Notes: a model not told the origin generated them from the sequence alone. Positions 51,663 through 61,745 are shown, counted from the stretch's first letter. The stretch is 64,000 nt of DNA from an uncultured Pelagibacteraceae bacterium (GCA_902590505.1 CACIWZ010000005.1:35082-99081), one strand, 5' to 3'. Numbers and translations: made by a program.

Positions 51663-52603
51663 TGTCAATTGATCCAAAATTTCTTAAACTATTTGTTAAA
51701 GCCACAGAAAAAGCAGCAATAGGTGCTTCAAAATTTATTGGTAAAAAAGATAAAATCGGCGCGGATAAAGGTGCGGTAGATCCTATGAGAAGAGAATTAA
51801 ATAAAATAAATATGGAGGGAACGATAGTCATTGGTGAAGGTGAGATGGATGAAGCACCAATGCTATATATTGGTGAAAGATTAGGAACTTTAAATGGTCC
51901 AAAATTCGATATTGCCGTGGATCCTTTAGAAGGAACTAAATTTACAGCTAATAATCAGCCTAACGCTTTTTCAGTAATTGCGGTCGCTAATAAGGGAGAT
52001 TTACTTAAAGCACCAGACACATATATGGAAAAAATTGCTATAGGAAATAATCTACCTGAAAACTTACTAGATTTAGATTTTGAAATTGAAAAAAATTTTA
52101 AATTACTTGCAGATGCAAAAGGTAAAAAAGTTTCTGATTTAAATGCTTGCGTAATGAAAAGACCTAGACACGATCATATTATTAAAGAATTGAATAGGTT
52201 AAATGTAAAAATTAATTTTATTACTGATGGAGATATTGCGGGAGTCTTAAGTGTAATTGGTTCAGATCCCAAAAATGATATTTATTACAGTACTGGTGGT
52301 GGTCCTGAAGGGGTCTTAGCGGCAGCTGCACTATCATGCTATGGTGGGCAAATACAAGGAAGACTAGTACTAAATGATGATGAAAAAATAAGAGCAAAAA
52401 AATTAGGAATAAAAGATTTTAAAAAGAAATATAACATTAATGATATTATCAAAGGAGATGTAATTTTTTGTGCAACTGGAGTAACAGACGGTGATTTAGC
52501 TAAAGGGGTTAAGGACCTTGGAAATGAATATGAAGTTAATACATTTGTGCTCCATAAAGAAAAAAAGGTAAATAAAACTATTACAAATATTTATAATAAA
52601 TGA
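51662..52603 (+). CDS. glpX: Fructose-1,6-bisphosphatase class II
   Basis: VIGEGEMDEAPML, DIAVDPLEGT, GGPEGVLAA, ATGVTDG. Confidence 0.97.
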   Translation: MSIDPKFLKLFVKATEKAAIGASKFIGKKDKIGADKGAVDPMRRELNKINMEGTIVIGEGEMDEAPMLYIGERLGTLNGPKFDIAVDPLEGTKFTANNQPNAFSVIAVANKGDLLKAPDTYMEKIAIGNNLPENLLDLDFEIEKNFKLLADAKGKKVSDLNACVMKRPRHDHIIKELNRLNVKINFITDGDIAGVLSVIGSDPKNDIYYSTGGGPEGVLAAAALSCYGGQIQGRLVLNDDEKIRAKKLGIKDFKKKYNINDIIKGDVIFCATGVTDGDLAKGVKDLGNEYEVNTFVLHKEKKVNKTITNIYNK

Positions 52604-54384
52604 ATTCAATTTCTGTAAGTAATAAAAGTTGGATTTTAAAAAAATATAATGAAAATCAATTATCATATTTTAAAGATAATTTTTCTTTAGATGAAATTAC
52701 GTCCAAACTTCTTTCTATAAGAAATATAAAAAATGAGGAAGTTATTGGTTTTTTAAATCCATCAATTAAAAATTTTCTTCCTAATCCTGAAAATTTAATT
52801 GATATGAAAAAATCATCTCTAAGAACGGTTGAAGCTATTAAAAATCACGAAAAAATAGGTATCTTCGGTGATTATGATGTTGATGGAGCTTCTGCAACAG
52901 CTTTGTTAGGAAATTTTTTTTCTTCAATTAACATACCTTTTGAAATTTATATACCAGATAGAAGAAAAGAAGGATATGGACCAACAATTAATGCTTTTCA
53001 AAAACTTATAAGTAGTGGCGTAGGTTTAATTTATACAGTGGATTGTGGAACACTTTCTTTTGAACCGATTAAATACGCCAAATCAAAGAATATTGATGTA
53101 ATTGTTCTTGATCATCACCAATCTGAGGTAAATCTTCCAAATGCTTATTCAATTATAAATCCTAACCGTTTAGATGATAAATCTAATTTAAATTATTTGT
53201 GTGCAGCTGGTGTAACGTTTATGTTTCTTGTTTCACTGAATAAGTATTTAAGACTTATAAATTGGTTTAAAGAAAAAAAAATTCAAGAACCTAATTTGAT
53301 TGAATACTTGGACCTAGTTTCTTTAGGTACAGTTTGTGATGTTGTTCCCTTAACAGGTTTAAATAGAGCTATAGTTAAACAAGGTTTAAAAGTTTTGAAA
53401 TCTAAAAAAAATTTAGGTTTAAAAACTTTAATAGATATTTGTGGTATTAATACGCAGCCAAATATTTATCATATCGGGTATGTATTAGGCCCTCGCATAA
53501 ATGCAGGAGGTAGAGTAGGAAAATCTTCGCACGGAGCTAATTTATTACTAAATAACAATGCCAAAGAGGTTTTTAAGATAGCTTCTGAGTTAGATCAATT
53601 CAATAAAGAAAGGCAATATTTAGAGGAAGATGTTCTAAATAAAATTGCAATAGAAGCAAATAAAACACAATCTGACCCTGTAATAATTCTAAGTGGAAAA
53701 AACTGGCATGAAGGAGTAATTGGTATAGTAGCTTCAAGATTAAAAGATAAATTTAATAAACCAGTTATTATAATAACTGTCGATAAACACCTTGGTAAAG
53801 CCTCTGCTAGATCTGTAATAGGTTTTGATATTGGATCTATAATTATAGCAGCAATGCAAGAAAAAATTTTAATTAAGGGAGGAGGTCACAAAATGGCTGG
53901 TGGATTTACAATCGATGTGAATAACATTGAAAAATTCAAAGATTTTGTATTAAAAAAATTTAAAAACAAAGATAAAAATTATACAAAAAAAAAATCTTTG
54001 TACCTGGACAGTGTAATATCACCTGCAGCATTAAACATAGATTTTTTTAACAAAATCAATAATTTAGCACCATTTGGCTCGGGTAACCCTGAGCCTAAAT
54101 TTGTGATTGAAAATCTAAAGATATTGAACAATAAAGTAATTAAAAATAAGCATGTCAAATCGGTACTTCTTGGCCAGGATGGTAGCACTATAAAAACTAT
54201 AGCGTTTAATTCTGCTGGAAACGAAATTGGAGCATATTTGCTCAAAAAAGATAATAAATTATTTAATATAGCCGGAAAATTATCCCTAAATGAGTGGAAG
54301 GGGCAATCAAATGTAGAGTTTATTATCGATGATATTTCTGTTAATAAGACACTCAAAAATACGGTCCCATCGTCTATCGGTTAG
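52600..54384 (+). CDS. recJ: Single-stranded-DNA exonuclease RecJ
   Basis: GDYDVDG, DCG, DHH, PRINAGGR, GGGHKMAGG, PFGSGNPEP; TAG lies inside tRNA-Glu. Confidence 0.96.
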   Translation: MNSISVSNKSWILKKYNENQLSYFKDNFSLDEITSKLLSIRNIKNEEVIGFLNPSIKNFLPNPENLIDMKKSSLRTVEAIKNHEKIGIFGDYDVDGASATALLGNFFSSINIPFEIYIPDRRKEGYGPTINAFQKLISSGVGLIYTVDCGTLSFEPIKYAKSKNIDVIVLDHHQSEVNLPNAYSIINPNRLDDKSNLNYLCAAGVTFMFLVSLNKYLRLINWFKEKKIQEPNLIEYLDLVSLGTVCDVVPLTGLNRAIVKQGLKVLKSKKNLGLKTLIDICGINTQPNIYHIGYVLGPRINAGGRVGKSSHGANLLLNNNAKEVFKIASELDQFNKERQYLEEDVLNKIAIEANKTQSDPVIILSGKNWHEGVIGIVASRLKDKFNKPVIIITVDKHLGKASARSVIGFDIGSIIIAAMQEKILIKGGGHKMAGGFTIDVNNIEKFKDFVLKKFKNKDKNYTKKKSLYLDSVISPAALNIDFFNKINNLAPFGSGNPEPKFVIENLKILNNKVIKNKHVKSVLLGQDGSTIKTIAFNSAGNEIGAYLLKKDNKLFNIAGKLSLNEWKGQSNVEFIIDDISVNKTLKNTVPSSIG

Positions 54385-54437
54385 GACAGTTGGTTTTCAT
54401 CCAACAAAGAGGGGTTCGATTCCCCTTGGGACCGCCA
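54363..54437 (+). tRNA. tRNA-Glu(TTC)
   Basis: Acceptor GGTCCCA/TGGGACC, anticodon arm GTTGG-TTTTCAT-CCAAC, GGTTCGATTCC, encoded CCA. Confidence 0.96.
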
Positions 54438-54443
54438 AATTTT

Positions 54444-55400
54444 ATGTATAAAATTGCAATCATAGAAAATATTCATAAAGATGGTATCGATCTGTTAAAA
54501 AATCATCCTAGTTTTGAGTATGAATTAATTGAAGATGTTTCAGAAAAAAACTTATTAGAAAAACTACCAAAATTTGATGCTTGTACATTGAGAGTATCAA
54601 AATTAGATGAGAAGATTTTGAAACATTGTAAGAAACTAAAGGTTATATCAAGGCATGGTGTTGGATATGATAACGTTGATATAAAGTTTTTAAAAGAAAA
54701 AAAAATTTCCTTATTGATAACGGCTACAGCTAACGCAGTAGCAGTTGCTGAACATGTTATCGCTATGTTTTTATCTTTGTCTAAATCTGTATCAACTTAT
54801 GATAAAGAGGTACGTAATGGTGATTTTAAGAAAAATGCAAATAAAATAAAAACTTTAGAACTCTTTAACAAAAACATTCTCATAGCAGGTTTTGGAAGAA
54901 TTGGAAAAAAATTAATCACAAGATGTTTAGCTTTTGGTACTAAAGTTTATGTGTATGATCCATACGTTGAAGATAAAATTATAAAAGATTTTGGAGGTAT
55001 AAAAGTAAAGTCAATAAGTGAGGGCTTAAAGATTGCAGATTATGTGTCTTTACATATGCCACTAACAAATGAAACAAAAGATTTAATAAATTATTCAATT
55101 TTAAAAGAAATGAAAAAAAATGCTTTTATAGTAAATACTGCAAGAGGAGGTATCATTAATGAAATTGATCTAGATAAAGCATTAAATGAAAAACTAATTT
55201 TGGGTGCTGCATTAGATGTGTTTGTAAACGAGCCTATCAATTTAGATAATCCCTTATTAAAAAATAATAAAGTTTTATTAAGTCCACATTCAGCAACATT
55301 TACTGATGAATGCATATCAAGGATGGCTATAGAGACAACTAAAAACATTATTGATTTTTTTGAAAATAAAATTGATAAATCTATGATTGTAAAATTATGA
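54444..55400 (+). CDS. D-isomer-specific 2-hydroxyacid dehydrogenase (SerA-like, no ACT domain)
   Basis: RHGVGYDN, VAEH, GFGRIG, NTARGG, LDVF, SPHSA. Start reset to ATG 54444 because the ORF-track start lies inside the tRNA. Confidence 0.9.
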   Translation: MYKIAIIENIHKDGIDLLKNHPSFEYELIEDVSEKNLLEKLPKFDACTLRVSKLDEKILKHCKKLKVISRHGVGYDNVDIKFLKEKKISLLITATANAVAVAEHVIAMFLSLSKSVSTYDKEVRNGDFKKNANKIKTLELFNKNILIAGFGRIGKKLITRCLAFGTKVYVYDPYVEDKIIKDFGGIKVKSISEGLKIADYVSLHMPLTNETKDLINYSILKEMKKNAFIVNTARGGIINEIDLDKALNEKLILGAALDVFVNEPINLDNPLLKNNKVLLSPHSATFTDECISRMAIETTKNIIDFFENKIDKSMIVKL

Positions 55401-55906
55401 TAGATATAAAGAGGAAATTAAAAAATTTTGGTCCATTAGAATTTTTAGTGTTAAGCTCTATTACATATGTTGTTGCAATGTTATTATGGACAGCCTCAAC
55501 TAGATCAGAAGTTTTACAAAAAGCAAATGATATAAAATCCAATCATAAATTAGTCGTCGATTTTATTAATGATGAAGTAAATAGCTGTAGCTCAAATGAA
55601 GAAAGTTTAACATCGTGGGGTGAAAAATGTAATTCTGTTTGGACTTCAGAAAAAATTGTAAGTTATGTGTTATCTAATATTGATCTAAAAAACCCGTATT
55701 CAATTAATAAACCTTTAATACAAACTTCTCAAGATCCTAGAATTCAAGCTGAAGGTAAAGCAGGTCAATCTACAGACAAAGGTATAATTTTCGTTTCTTC
55801 AAATAATTTTGAGTCAGAGGCTGGCTCTGAATGGGTTGTTGGTACTTGTGTAAAGTCACCATGCGTAGCTGCTGGTAATAATGAATTAGTTTCTGTCTAC
55901 CGTTAG
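55397..55906 (+). CDS. Hypothetical membrane-anchored, type IV pilin-like protein
   Basis: Basic leader, F-G-P-L-E (Glu at +5), hydrophobic helix, four Cys. Confidence 0.55.
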   Translation: MIDIKRKLKNFGPLEFLVLSSITYVVAMLLWTASTRSEVLQKANDIKSNHKLVVDFINDEVNSCSSNEESLTSWGEKCNSVWTSEKIVSYVLSNIDLKNPYSINKPLIQTSQDPRIQAEGKAGQSTDKGIIFVSSNNFESEAGSEWVVGTCVKSPCVAAGNNELVSVYR

Positions 55907-56802
55907 TTAATAATTTTAAATCCACATTGTTTTGCAGTTTTGCTTAAATAATTGAAACCAATTTTTGCATATTCAAACGGATTCGCCTTAGCTGGATCTT
56001 GCTCGGCTTCTACCACAAGCCATCCTGAATAATTTTTTTTCTTTAAAGCATTTAAGAAGGGAACATAGTCAATACATCCATCCCCTGGCACAGTAAATGC
56101 TCCATCTAAAAATGCTTGTCTAAATGTTGTATCATTTCTTAGTGATTTTTCTAAAATATCTTTTCTAATATCTTTACAATGTACATGTATTATACGTTCG
56201 TAAAAATTTTCTACTAATTTAATAGAGTCGCCTTGCGCAAACAACATATGGCCGGTATCTACTAATAATTTAACAGTATCTTTTGTATTTTCTATAAGTC
56301 TAGAAGTATCTTCCTCGGTTTCTATTATAGTTCCCATGTGATGATGATATGCTAAAGGCATATTTTCATCTATCATCATTTTACTAATTTCATTTATTGC
56401 ATTAATAAATTTATTCCAATCATCTTTATTTAATTTAGGCCTTTTTGATAATGGTGTTATAGGATCTCCTTGGACAGAGTTAGTTACCTCAGCAAAAACC
56501 ATGCAAGGAGCCTCACAATCTTTGAATAATTTAAGCTGTTTCTGCATAAGTTTAAATTCCTCTTTAGGCGACCTTTTTAATAATTGAGCACCATACCAAC
56601 CTGAACATAATTTAAGGTTCTCTTTTTCAAGTTTTGGAATAAGTTCTTTCGAATTCATTGGAAATTTTCCACCAGACTCAATTCCTGTAAAACCTGCCAT
56701 ACTTGCTTCTTTTAAACATTGTTCTAATGGAGTTTTGCCACCTAATTCAGGCATATCATCGTTACTCCATGCGATGGGTGCTATTCCTAATCTTATCGAC
56801 AT
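55903..56802 (-). CDS. iolE: Myo-inosose-2 dehydratase
   Basis: GIAPIAWSNDD, YHHHMGT, DTGH, HVHCKD, VVEAEQDP. Confidence 0.95.
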   Translation of the reverse strand: MSIRLGIAPIAWSNDDMPELGGKTPLEQCLKEASMAGFTGIESGGKFPMNSKELIPKLEKENLKLCSGWYGAQLLKRSPKEEFKLMQKQLKLFKDCEAPCMVFAEVTNSVQGDPITPLSKRPKLNKDDWNKFINAINEISKMMIDENMPLAYHHHMGTIIETEEDTSRLIENTKDTVKLLVDTGHMLFAQGDSIKLVENFYERIIHVHCKDIRKDILEKSLRNDTTFRQAFLDGAFTVPGDGCIDYVPFLNALKKKNYSGWLVVEAEQDPAKANPFEYAKIGFNYLSKTAKQCGFKIIN

Positions 56803-56859
56803 AGTTTTAAGAAAATAATATTATTTTATATTATAAATAATTAAGTTACAAAAGAATTT

Positions 56860-57855
56860 ATGATCAATGTAGCACTTTTGGGTTTTGGTAGAATTGGACA
56901 AATGCATGCTCAAAATATATATCTAAATAAAACGCTTAATCTGCTGTATGTATATGAAAAGATTGATAAATTAGGAAAAAAAGCTCAAAATCTTTATAAT
57001 TGTAAAATTGAAAAAAATTATAAAAAAATTTTTTCAGATAAAAAAGTAGATATTATTTTTATTTCTAGCCCTACAAACACTCATATTAAATTTATCGAAG
57101 AAGGTATCAAATACGATAAAACTATTTTTTGTGAAAAACCTTTAGACTTAAATATAAATAAAATTGTTAAAACTTTTAAAAAGGTTAAAAAAAATAATTC
57201 GAAAATACAGATGGGATTTAATCGTAGATTTGATCCTGGTCATCACTCAATCAAAAAAGATTTAGATAAAGGTAAAATAGGGAGATTGGAAAAAATAATA
57301 ATCACAAGTAGAGATCCAGCACCACCTTCAAAGACTTATCTTAAATCTTCTGGAGGTATTTTCAGAGACATGATGATTCATGATTTTGATTTATGTAGGT
57401 ATTATTTAAATAAAGATGAAATTTCTGAAATAAGTTCATCTGTAAGTTCATTTGAGAATTTTTATAAGAAGATTAAAGATCATGAATTAGCCACAGTAAC
57501 CATGAAATCAAAAAAAGGTGTTATATGTGTTATCACAAATTCTAGACATTGTTCTTTTGGATACGATCAAAGAGTTGAATTATTCGGCAAAAAAGGAATG
57601 CTTTTATCGGGCAATCAAAAGAGTGCGGCCACAGAGATATTTAATTCAAATCACTCCCATTCACAAAAGCCCCTATTAAATTTTTTTATTGAACGATACA
57701 AAGAAGCTTATAATTTGCAATTGAATGAATTAATTTCTCTTCATAAAAATAGAATTAAACCTAGATCAACTTTCAAAGATGGTTATTTAGCTTTAAAAAT
57801 TGCTAATGCTGCATATCAATCTTTAAAGCAAAAAAAGGTAGTAAAATTAAAGTAA
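56860..57855 (+). CDS. iolG: Inositol 2-dehydrogenase
   Basis: GFGRIG, FCEKP, GFNRRFDP, ITSRDP, DMMIHDFD, GYDQRVE. Confidence 0.92.
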   Translation: MINVALLGFGRIGQMHAQNIYLNKTLNLLYVYEKIDKLGKKAQNLYNCKIEKNYKKIFSDKKVDIIFISSPTNTHIKFIEEGIKYDKTIFCEKPLDLNINKIVKTFKKVKKNNSKIQMGFNRRFDPGHHSIKKDLDKGKIGRLEKIIITSRDPAPPSKTYLKSSGGIFRDMMIHDFDLCRYYLNKDEISEISSSVSSFENFYKKIKDHELATVTMKSKKGVICVITNSRHCSFGYDQRVELFGKKGMLLSGNQKSAATEIFNSNHSHSQKPLLNFFIERYKEAYNLQLNELISLHKNRIKPRSTFKDGYLALKIANAAYQSLKQKKVVKLK

Positions 57856-57956
57856 TTATAACTACCTCCAGTTGTATGTATTTTTTTTCCTTTTGAATTT
57901 TAATAAATTTTTTGTTTTAATTGCGCAGTTTTAACAAACAAATGAGGGAAATAATC

Positions 57957-58880
57957 ATGAAAAAAATATACTTAACAATTGCTGCTCTGATGAGCTGGGT
58001 AATGATGTCAGTAGCTGCTTTAGCAGTTGATATTATTGTTGTATCTCACGGACAAGCAAATGACCCTTTCTGGTCTGTTGCAAAAAATGGAGTTGATAAA
58101 GCTTGTAAAGATATGAAAGTATCTTGCAAATACACAGCCCCAGCAACATTCGACATGGTCGAAATGGCAAAACTAATTGACAATGCTGTTTCTCAAAAAC
58201 CAAAAGGTATTGTAATAACTCTTCCAGATGCTGCCGCTTTAGGTAAATCTGTTAAAGCTGCAATATCTGCAGGTATCCCAGTAATCTCTATGAATTCAGG
58301 TTCAGACGACTACATGAAACTAGGCATTAGTGCCCACGTAGGTCAAACAGAGTTTGAAGCTGGTGTAGGCGGTGGACAAAAAATGAAAGCTGCAGGTGGT
58401 AAAAAAGCACTATGTGTTAACCACGAAGTAGGTAACGTTGCTTTAGATAGAAGATGTGCTGGTTTCAAAAAAGGCTTTGGTGGATCTGTAGACATATTAG
58501 GTACATCAAATGACCCGACTGAAATTCAAAAAGCTGTAGCTGCTAAATTAGGTGGTGGATATGACACTATTCTTACTTTAGGAGCTGGTCTTGCAGGAGA
58601 AGCTGCTTTAAAAGCATTAGAATCTGCTGGTAAAGTTGGAAACGTAAAACTTGGTACATTCGATATGTCGCCAGGTATGCTAAAAGCTGCTGCTGCTGGA
58701 AAAGTTGAGTTCTTAATCGACCAACAACAGTATCTACAAGGTTATTTACCTATAGCTATCTTTTCTCAATATATGAGATATGGAACAATGCCAGCTGGTG
58801 TTGTAATGACAGGACCTGGTTTTGTTACTCCTAACAATGCGAAGGATGTAATAAAATGGGCTGCTCAAGGTTATAGATAA
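57957..58880 (+). CDS. Sugar (probably inositol) ABC transporter substrate-binding protein
   Basis: Signal peptide, HGQANDPFWSV, DQQQYLQGY; Shine-Dalgarno-like GAGGGA upstream; lies within the iol cluster. Confidence 0.9.
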   Translation: MKKIYLTIAALMSWVMMSVAALAVDIIVVSHGQANDPFWSVAKNGVDKACKDMKVSCKYTAPATFDMVEMAKLIDNAVSQKPKGIVITLPDAAALGKSVKAAISAGIPVISMNSGSDDYMKLGISAHVGQTEFEAGVGGGQKMKAAGGKKALCVNHEVGNVALDRRCAGFKKGFGGSVDILGTSNDPTEIQKAVAAKLGGGYDTILTLGAGLAGEAALKALESAGKVGNVKLGTFDMSPGMLKAAAAGKVEFLIDQQQYLQGYLPIAIFSQYMRYGTMPAGVVMTGPGFVTPNNAKDVIKWAAQGYR

Positions 58881-58890
58881 GAAAAATATT

Positions 58891-58928
58891 AAAAAGGCCT
58901 AGTGATTATTCACTAGGCCTTTTTTTTT
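58891..58928 (+). terminator. Intrinsic terminator / stabilising hairpin after the SBP gene
   Basis: AAAAAGGCCTAGTGA-TTAT-TCACTAGGCC followed by a T9 tract; perfect inverted repeat. Confidence 0.9.
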
Positions 58929-58940
58929 AAGTTTTTTTAT

Positions 58941-60068
58941 ATGTCTACAAAGTCAAAAAGTATTGAAACAAAAACTGATTTCAATCAGGATGAAAGACTC
59001 AAAAAAGTTTCTAAATTAAGAATTTTATTAAATAGACCCGAACTTGGCGCTCTTGGTGGAGCAATACTTGTATTTATATTTTTTGGAATAGTAGCCGGTG
59101 ACACAGGAATGTTTAGTGCATATGGAGTATTAAACTTCTTAGATGTCTCAGCTAATCTTGGAATAATAGCTATTGCCGCAGCTATGTTAATGATAGGAGG
59201 AGAATTCGATCTATCTATTGGATCAATGATTGGGTTTGCTGGTATTTGTATTGCAATACCTGCGATTTATTGGGGGTGGCCACTATGGATGAGTATTATT
59301 TTTGCATTCTCAATGGCGGTACTAGTGGGCTATTTTAATGGAATATTAGTTGTAAGAACAGGTTTGCCATCATTTATCGTTACTCTTGCAATGCTTTTTA
59401 TTTTAAGGGGGGCAACTTTAGCTATAACAAGATTAATTACTGGTCGAACTCAAGTTCCAGGCCTAAGAGTTTTAATCGAAGATGATCCATTAGCATGGAT
59501 ATTTGCAACTGATACTTTTAAATGGGTTTTTACTTGGTTAGGTTCAATGAATTTGATTGCATTAAGAACTGATGGAACTCCACTCGCCACAGGAATACCG
59601 CCATCTGTAATATGGTTCATAGCTTTAGCAATTATTACAACATGGATATTAATGAAAACAAGATACGGAAATTGGATTTTTGCTTCTGGAGGAGATAAAA
59701 ATGGTGCTAACAATGTTGGAGTACCAGTTGGTAGAGTAAAAATAAGTTTATTTATTGGTACAGCAGTAGCAGCAACTATTTTTGCTACAATTCAAGTTTT
59801 AGACGCTGGTTCAGCAGATACAATGCGTGGGACCTTAAAGGAATTAGAAGCTATTGCAGCTGCAGTTGTTGGAGGCTGTTTATTAACTGGCGGTTATGGA
59901 TCAGCAATAGGTGCAGCATTTGGAGCTTTAATTTTTGGAACAGTGTCGATGGGGATATTTTATACTGATGTGGATACAGACTGGTTTAAAGTCTTTCTAG
60001 GAGCAATGATGTTGATTGCAGTAATCTTTAATAATTATATAAGAAGAAAGGTAACCGAGAGCAAATAA
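58941..60068 (+). CDS. Sugar ABC transporter permease (RbsC-like)
   Basis: [29 protein letters not shown]. Confidence 0.93.
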   Translation: MSTKSKSIETKTDFNQDERLKKVSKLRILLNRPELGALGGAILVFIFFGIVAGDTGMFSAYGVLNFLDVSANLGIIAIAAAMLMIGGEFDLSIGSMIGFAGICIAIPAIYWGWPLWMSIIFAFSMAVLVGYFNGILVVRTGLPSFIVTLAMLFILRGATLAITRLITGRTQVPGLRVLIEDDPLAWIFATDTFKWVFTWLGSMNLIALRTDGTPLATGIPPSVIWFIALAIITTWILMKTRYGNWIFASGGDKNGANNVGVPVGRVKISLFIGTAVAATIFATIQVLDAGSADTMRGTLKELEAIAAAVVGGCLLTGGYGSAIGAAFGALIFGTVSMGIFYTDVDTDWFKVFLGAMMLIAVIFNNYIRRKVTESK

Positions 60069-60856
60069 TGTCTGACTATTTAGTTCAATTTAACAATATT
60101 AGTAAATTTTTTGGAAAAGTTATAGCTTTGAAAGATGTAACCATGAAATTAAAAAAAGGTGAAATCATGTGCTTACTTGGTGATAATGGTGCAGGTAAAT
60201 CAACCTTAATTAAAACATTGGCTGGAGTCCACAGACCTGATGAAGGTGAAATTATTGTTGAAGGAAAAAAAACTATATTTGATAGTCCCAAAGATGCATT
60301 AGATATGGGAATAGCTACTGTATATCAAGATTTAGCTTTAGTTTCTTTAATGAGTGTTACAAGAAACTTTTTTATGGGCAGAGAACCCATGAAAGGTCCA
60401 CCATTTTTCAAGACGTTTGATATAGAAAAAGCAAATAAGATAGCTGCTGAGAGAATGGGGCAAATAGGTATTGATGTTAGGGATCCATCTCAAGCAGTTG
60501 GTACAATGTCAGGTGGTGAGAGACAATGTTTAGCAATTAGCAGAGCTATATATTTTGGAGCAAAAGTTCTTGTTTTAGATGAGCCTACTTCTGCTTTAGG
60601 CGTTCACCAAGCTTCAGTTGTTTTAAAATACATAGTCAAAGCTGCTTCTCAGGGGTTAGCTGTAATTTTAATAACACACAACGTTCATCATGCATATCCA
60701 GTAGGTAATAGTTTTACCGTACTAAATAGAGGCAAAAGTTTGGGTACTTATGAGAAAAAGAATATATCTAGAGAAAAATTATTAAGCATGATGGCAGGTG
60801 GTGAAGAATTAAACAAATTAGAAGTTGAACTTCAAGAGATGAACAGAAAAAATTAA
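60068..60856 (+). CDS. Sugar ABC transporter ATP-binding protein (single NBD)
   Basis: [29 protein letters not shown]. Confidence 0.95.
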   Translation: MSDYLVQFNNISKFFGKVIALKDVTMKLKKGEIMCLLGDNGAGKSTLIKTLAGVHRPDEGEIIVEGKKTIFDSPKDALDMGIATVYQDLALVSLMSVTRNFFMGREPMKGPPFFKTFDIEKANKIAAERMGQIGIDVRDPSQAVGTMSGGERQCLAISRAIYFGAKVLVLDEPTSALGVHQASVVLKYIVKAASQGLAVILITHNVHHAYPVGNSFTVLNRGKSLGTYEKKNISREKLLSMMAGGEELNKLEVELQEMNRKN

Positions 60857-60857
60857 A

Positions 60858-61745
60858 ATGCAAATCGGTATTGATTTAGGAGCAACTAAAATTGAGTCAG
60901 TACTTCTTAAAGAAAATGGTCTTGAATTACATAGAGATAGAATACAGTCTCCAAAAAATTATCAGAAAACAATTAGTGACATCACAGATATAGTAAACAA
61001 TATTGAAAAGAAATTTGAAAAGAATTTAAATGTAGGAATATGTCATCCTGGATCAACAAATTTAGAAACAGGATTTATTCAAAACGCTTTTAACTCTCCA
61101 TGGTTGAATAATCAAACATTTTCAAAAGATATATCTAAAAGTTTAAATAGAAATGTTTATTGTGAAAATGATGCAAATTGTTTTGCTTTATCTGAGGCTT
61201 TTGATGGATCTGCAAAAAATTTTAAAACAGTTTTTGGGATAATTTTGGGATCAGGATGTGGTGGGGGATTAGTAATTGATAAAAAAATAATTATTGGGCC
61301 GAATTCATTTACAGGTGAATGGGGTCATATACCCATAGGAAAACCTGATAGCGAAACCAACATTGAAGAATATATTTCGGGCAAAGGTTTAGAAAGAAAA
61401 TTTACAGCAAGATTTAATAAAAATCTTTCTGCACACGAAATTTTTAAAAATGCAAAAGATAATAGTCAAGATGAAATAGAAATAATTGATGAATTTAAAA
61501 AAAAATTAGCAAGAAGTTTATCCTTAATTATTAATGTAATTGACCCAGATGCAATTGTTTTTGGCGGCGGAGTATCAAATGAAATTGAGTCCTTAGATGA
61601 AATTAAAAAAATCACAGAGAAATATTTATCAAATTTTAATAATATCAAAAATGTGAAATTAAAAACGATTTTTTTGAAACCGAAATTTGGTGATGCCAGT
61701 GGTGTTCGAGGAGCTGCAATATTGAGTAAGCAAAATGCTATTTAA
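60858..61745 (+). CDS. ROK family sugar kinase (Mak/fructokinase-like)
   Basis: GIDLGATK, ENDANCFALSE, GSGCGGG, GEWGH, GDASGVRGAA. Confidence 0.9.
   Translation: MQIGIDLGATKIESVLLKENGLELHRDRIQSPKNYQKTISDITDIVNNIEKKFEKNLNVGICHPGSTNLETGFIQNAFNSPWLNNQTFSKDISKSLNRNVYCENDANCFALSEAFDGSAKNFKTVFGIILGSGCGGGLVIDKKIIIGPNSFTGEWGHIPIGKPDSETNIEEYISGKGLERKFTARFNKNLSAHEIFKNAKDNSQDEIEIIDEFKKKLARSLSLIINVIDPDAIVFGGGVSNEIESLDEIKKITEKYLSNFNNIKNVKLKTIFLKPKFGDASGVRGAAILSKQNAI

Noticed and set aside
24793-54437. Prophage or integrative element at either tRNA
   Set aside because: No integrase, phage genes or duplicated tRNA 3' end were seen. The shared ACCGCCA is simply the two tRNA ends.
54390-54443. Dehydrogenase N-terminal extension from TTG 54390
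   Set aside because: It reads through the tRNA-Glu gene; the family-like sequence begins at MYKIAII (54444).
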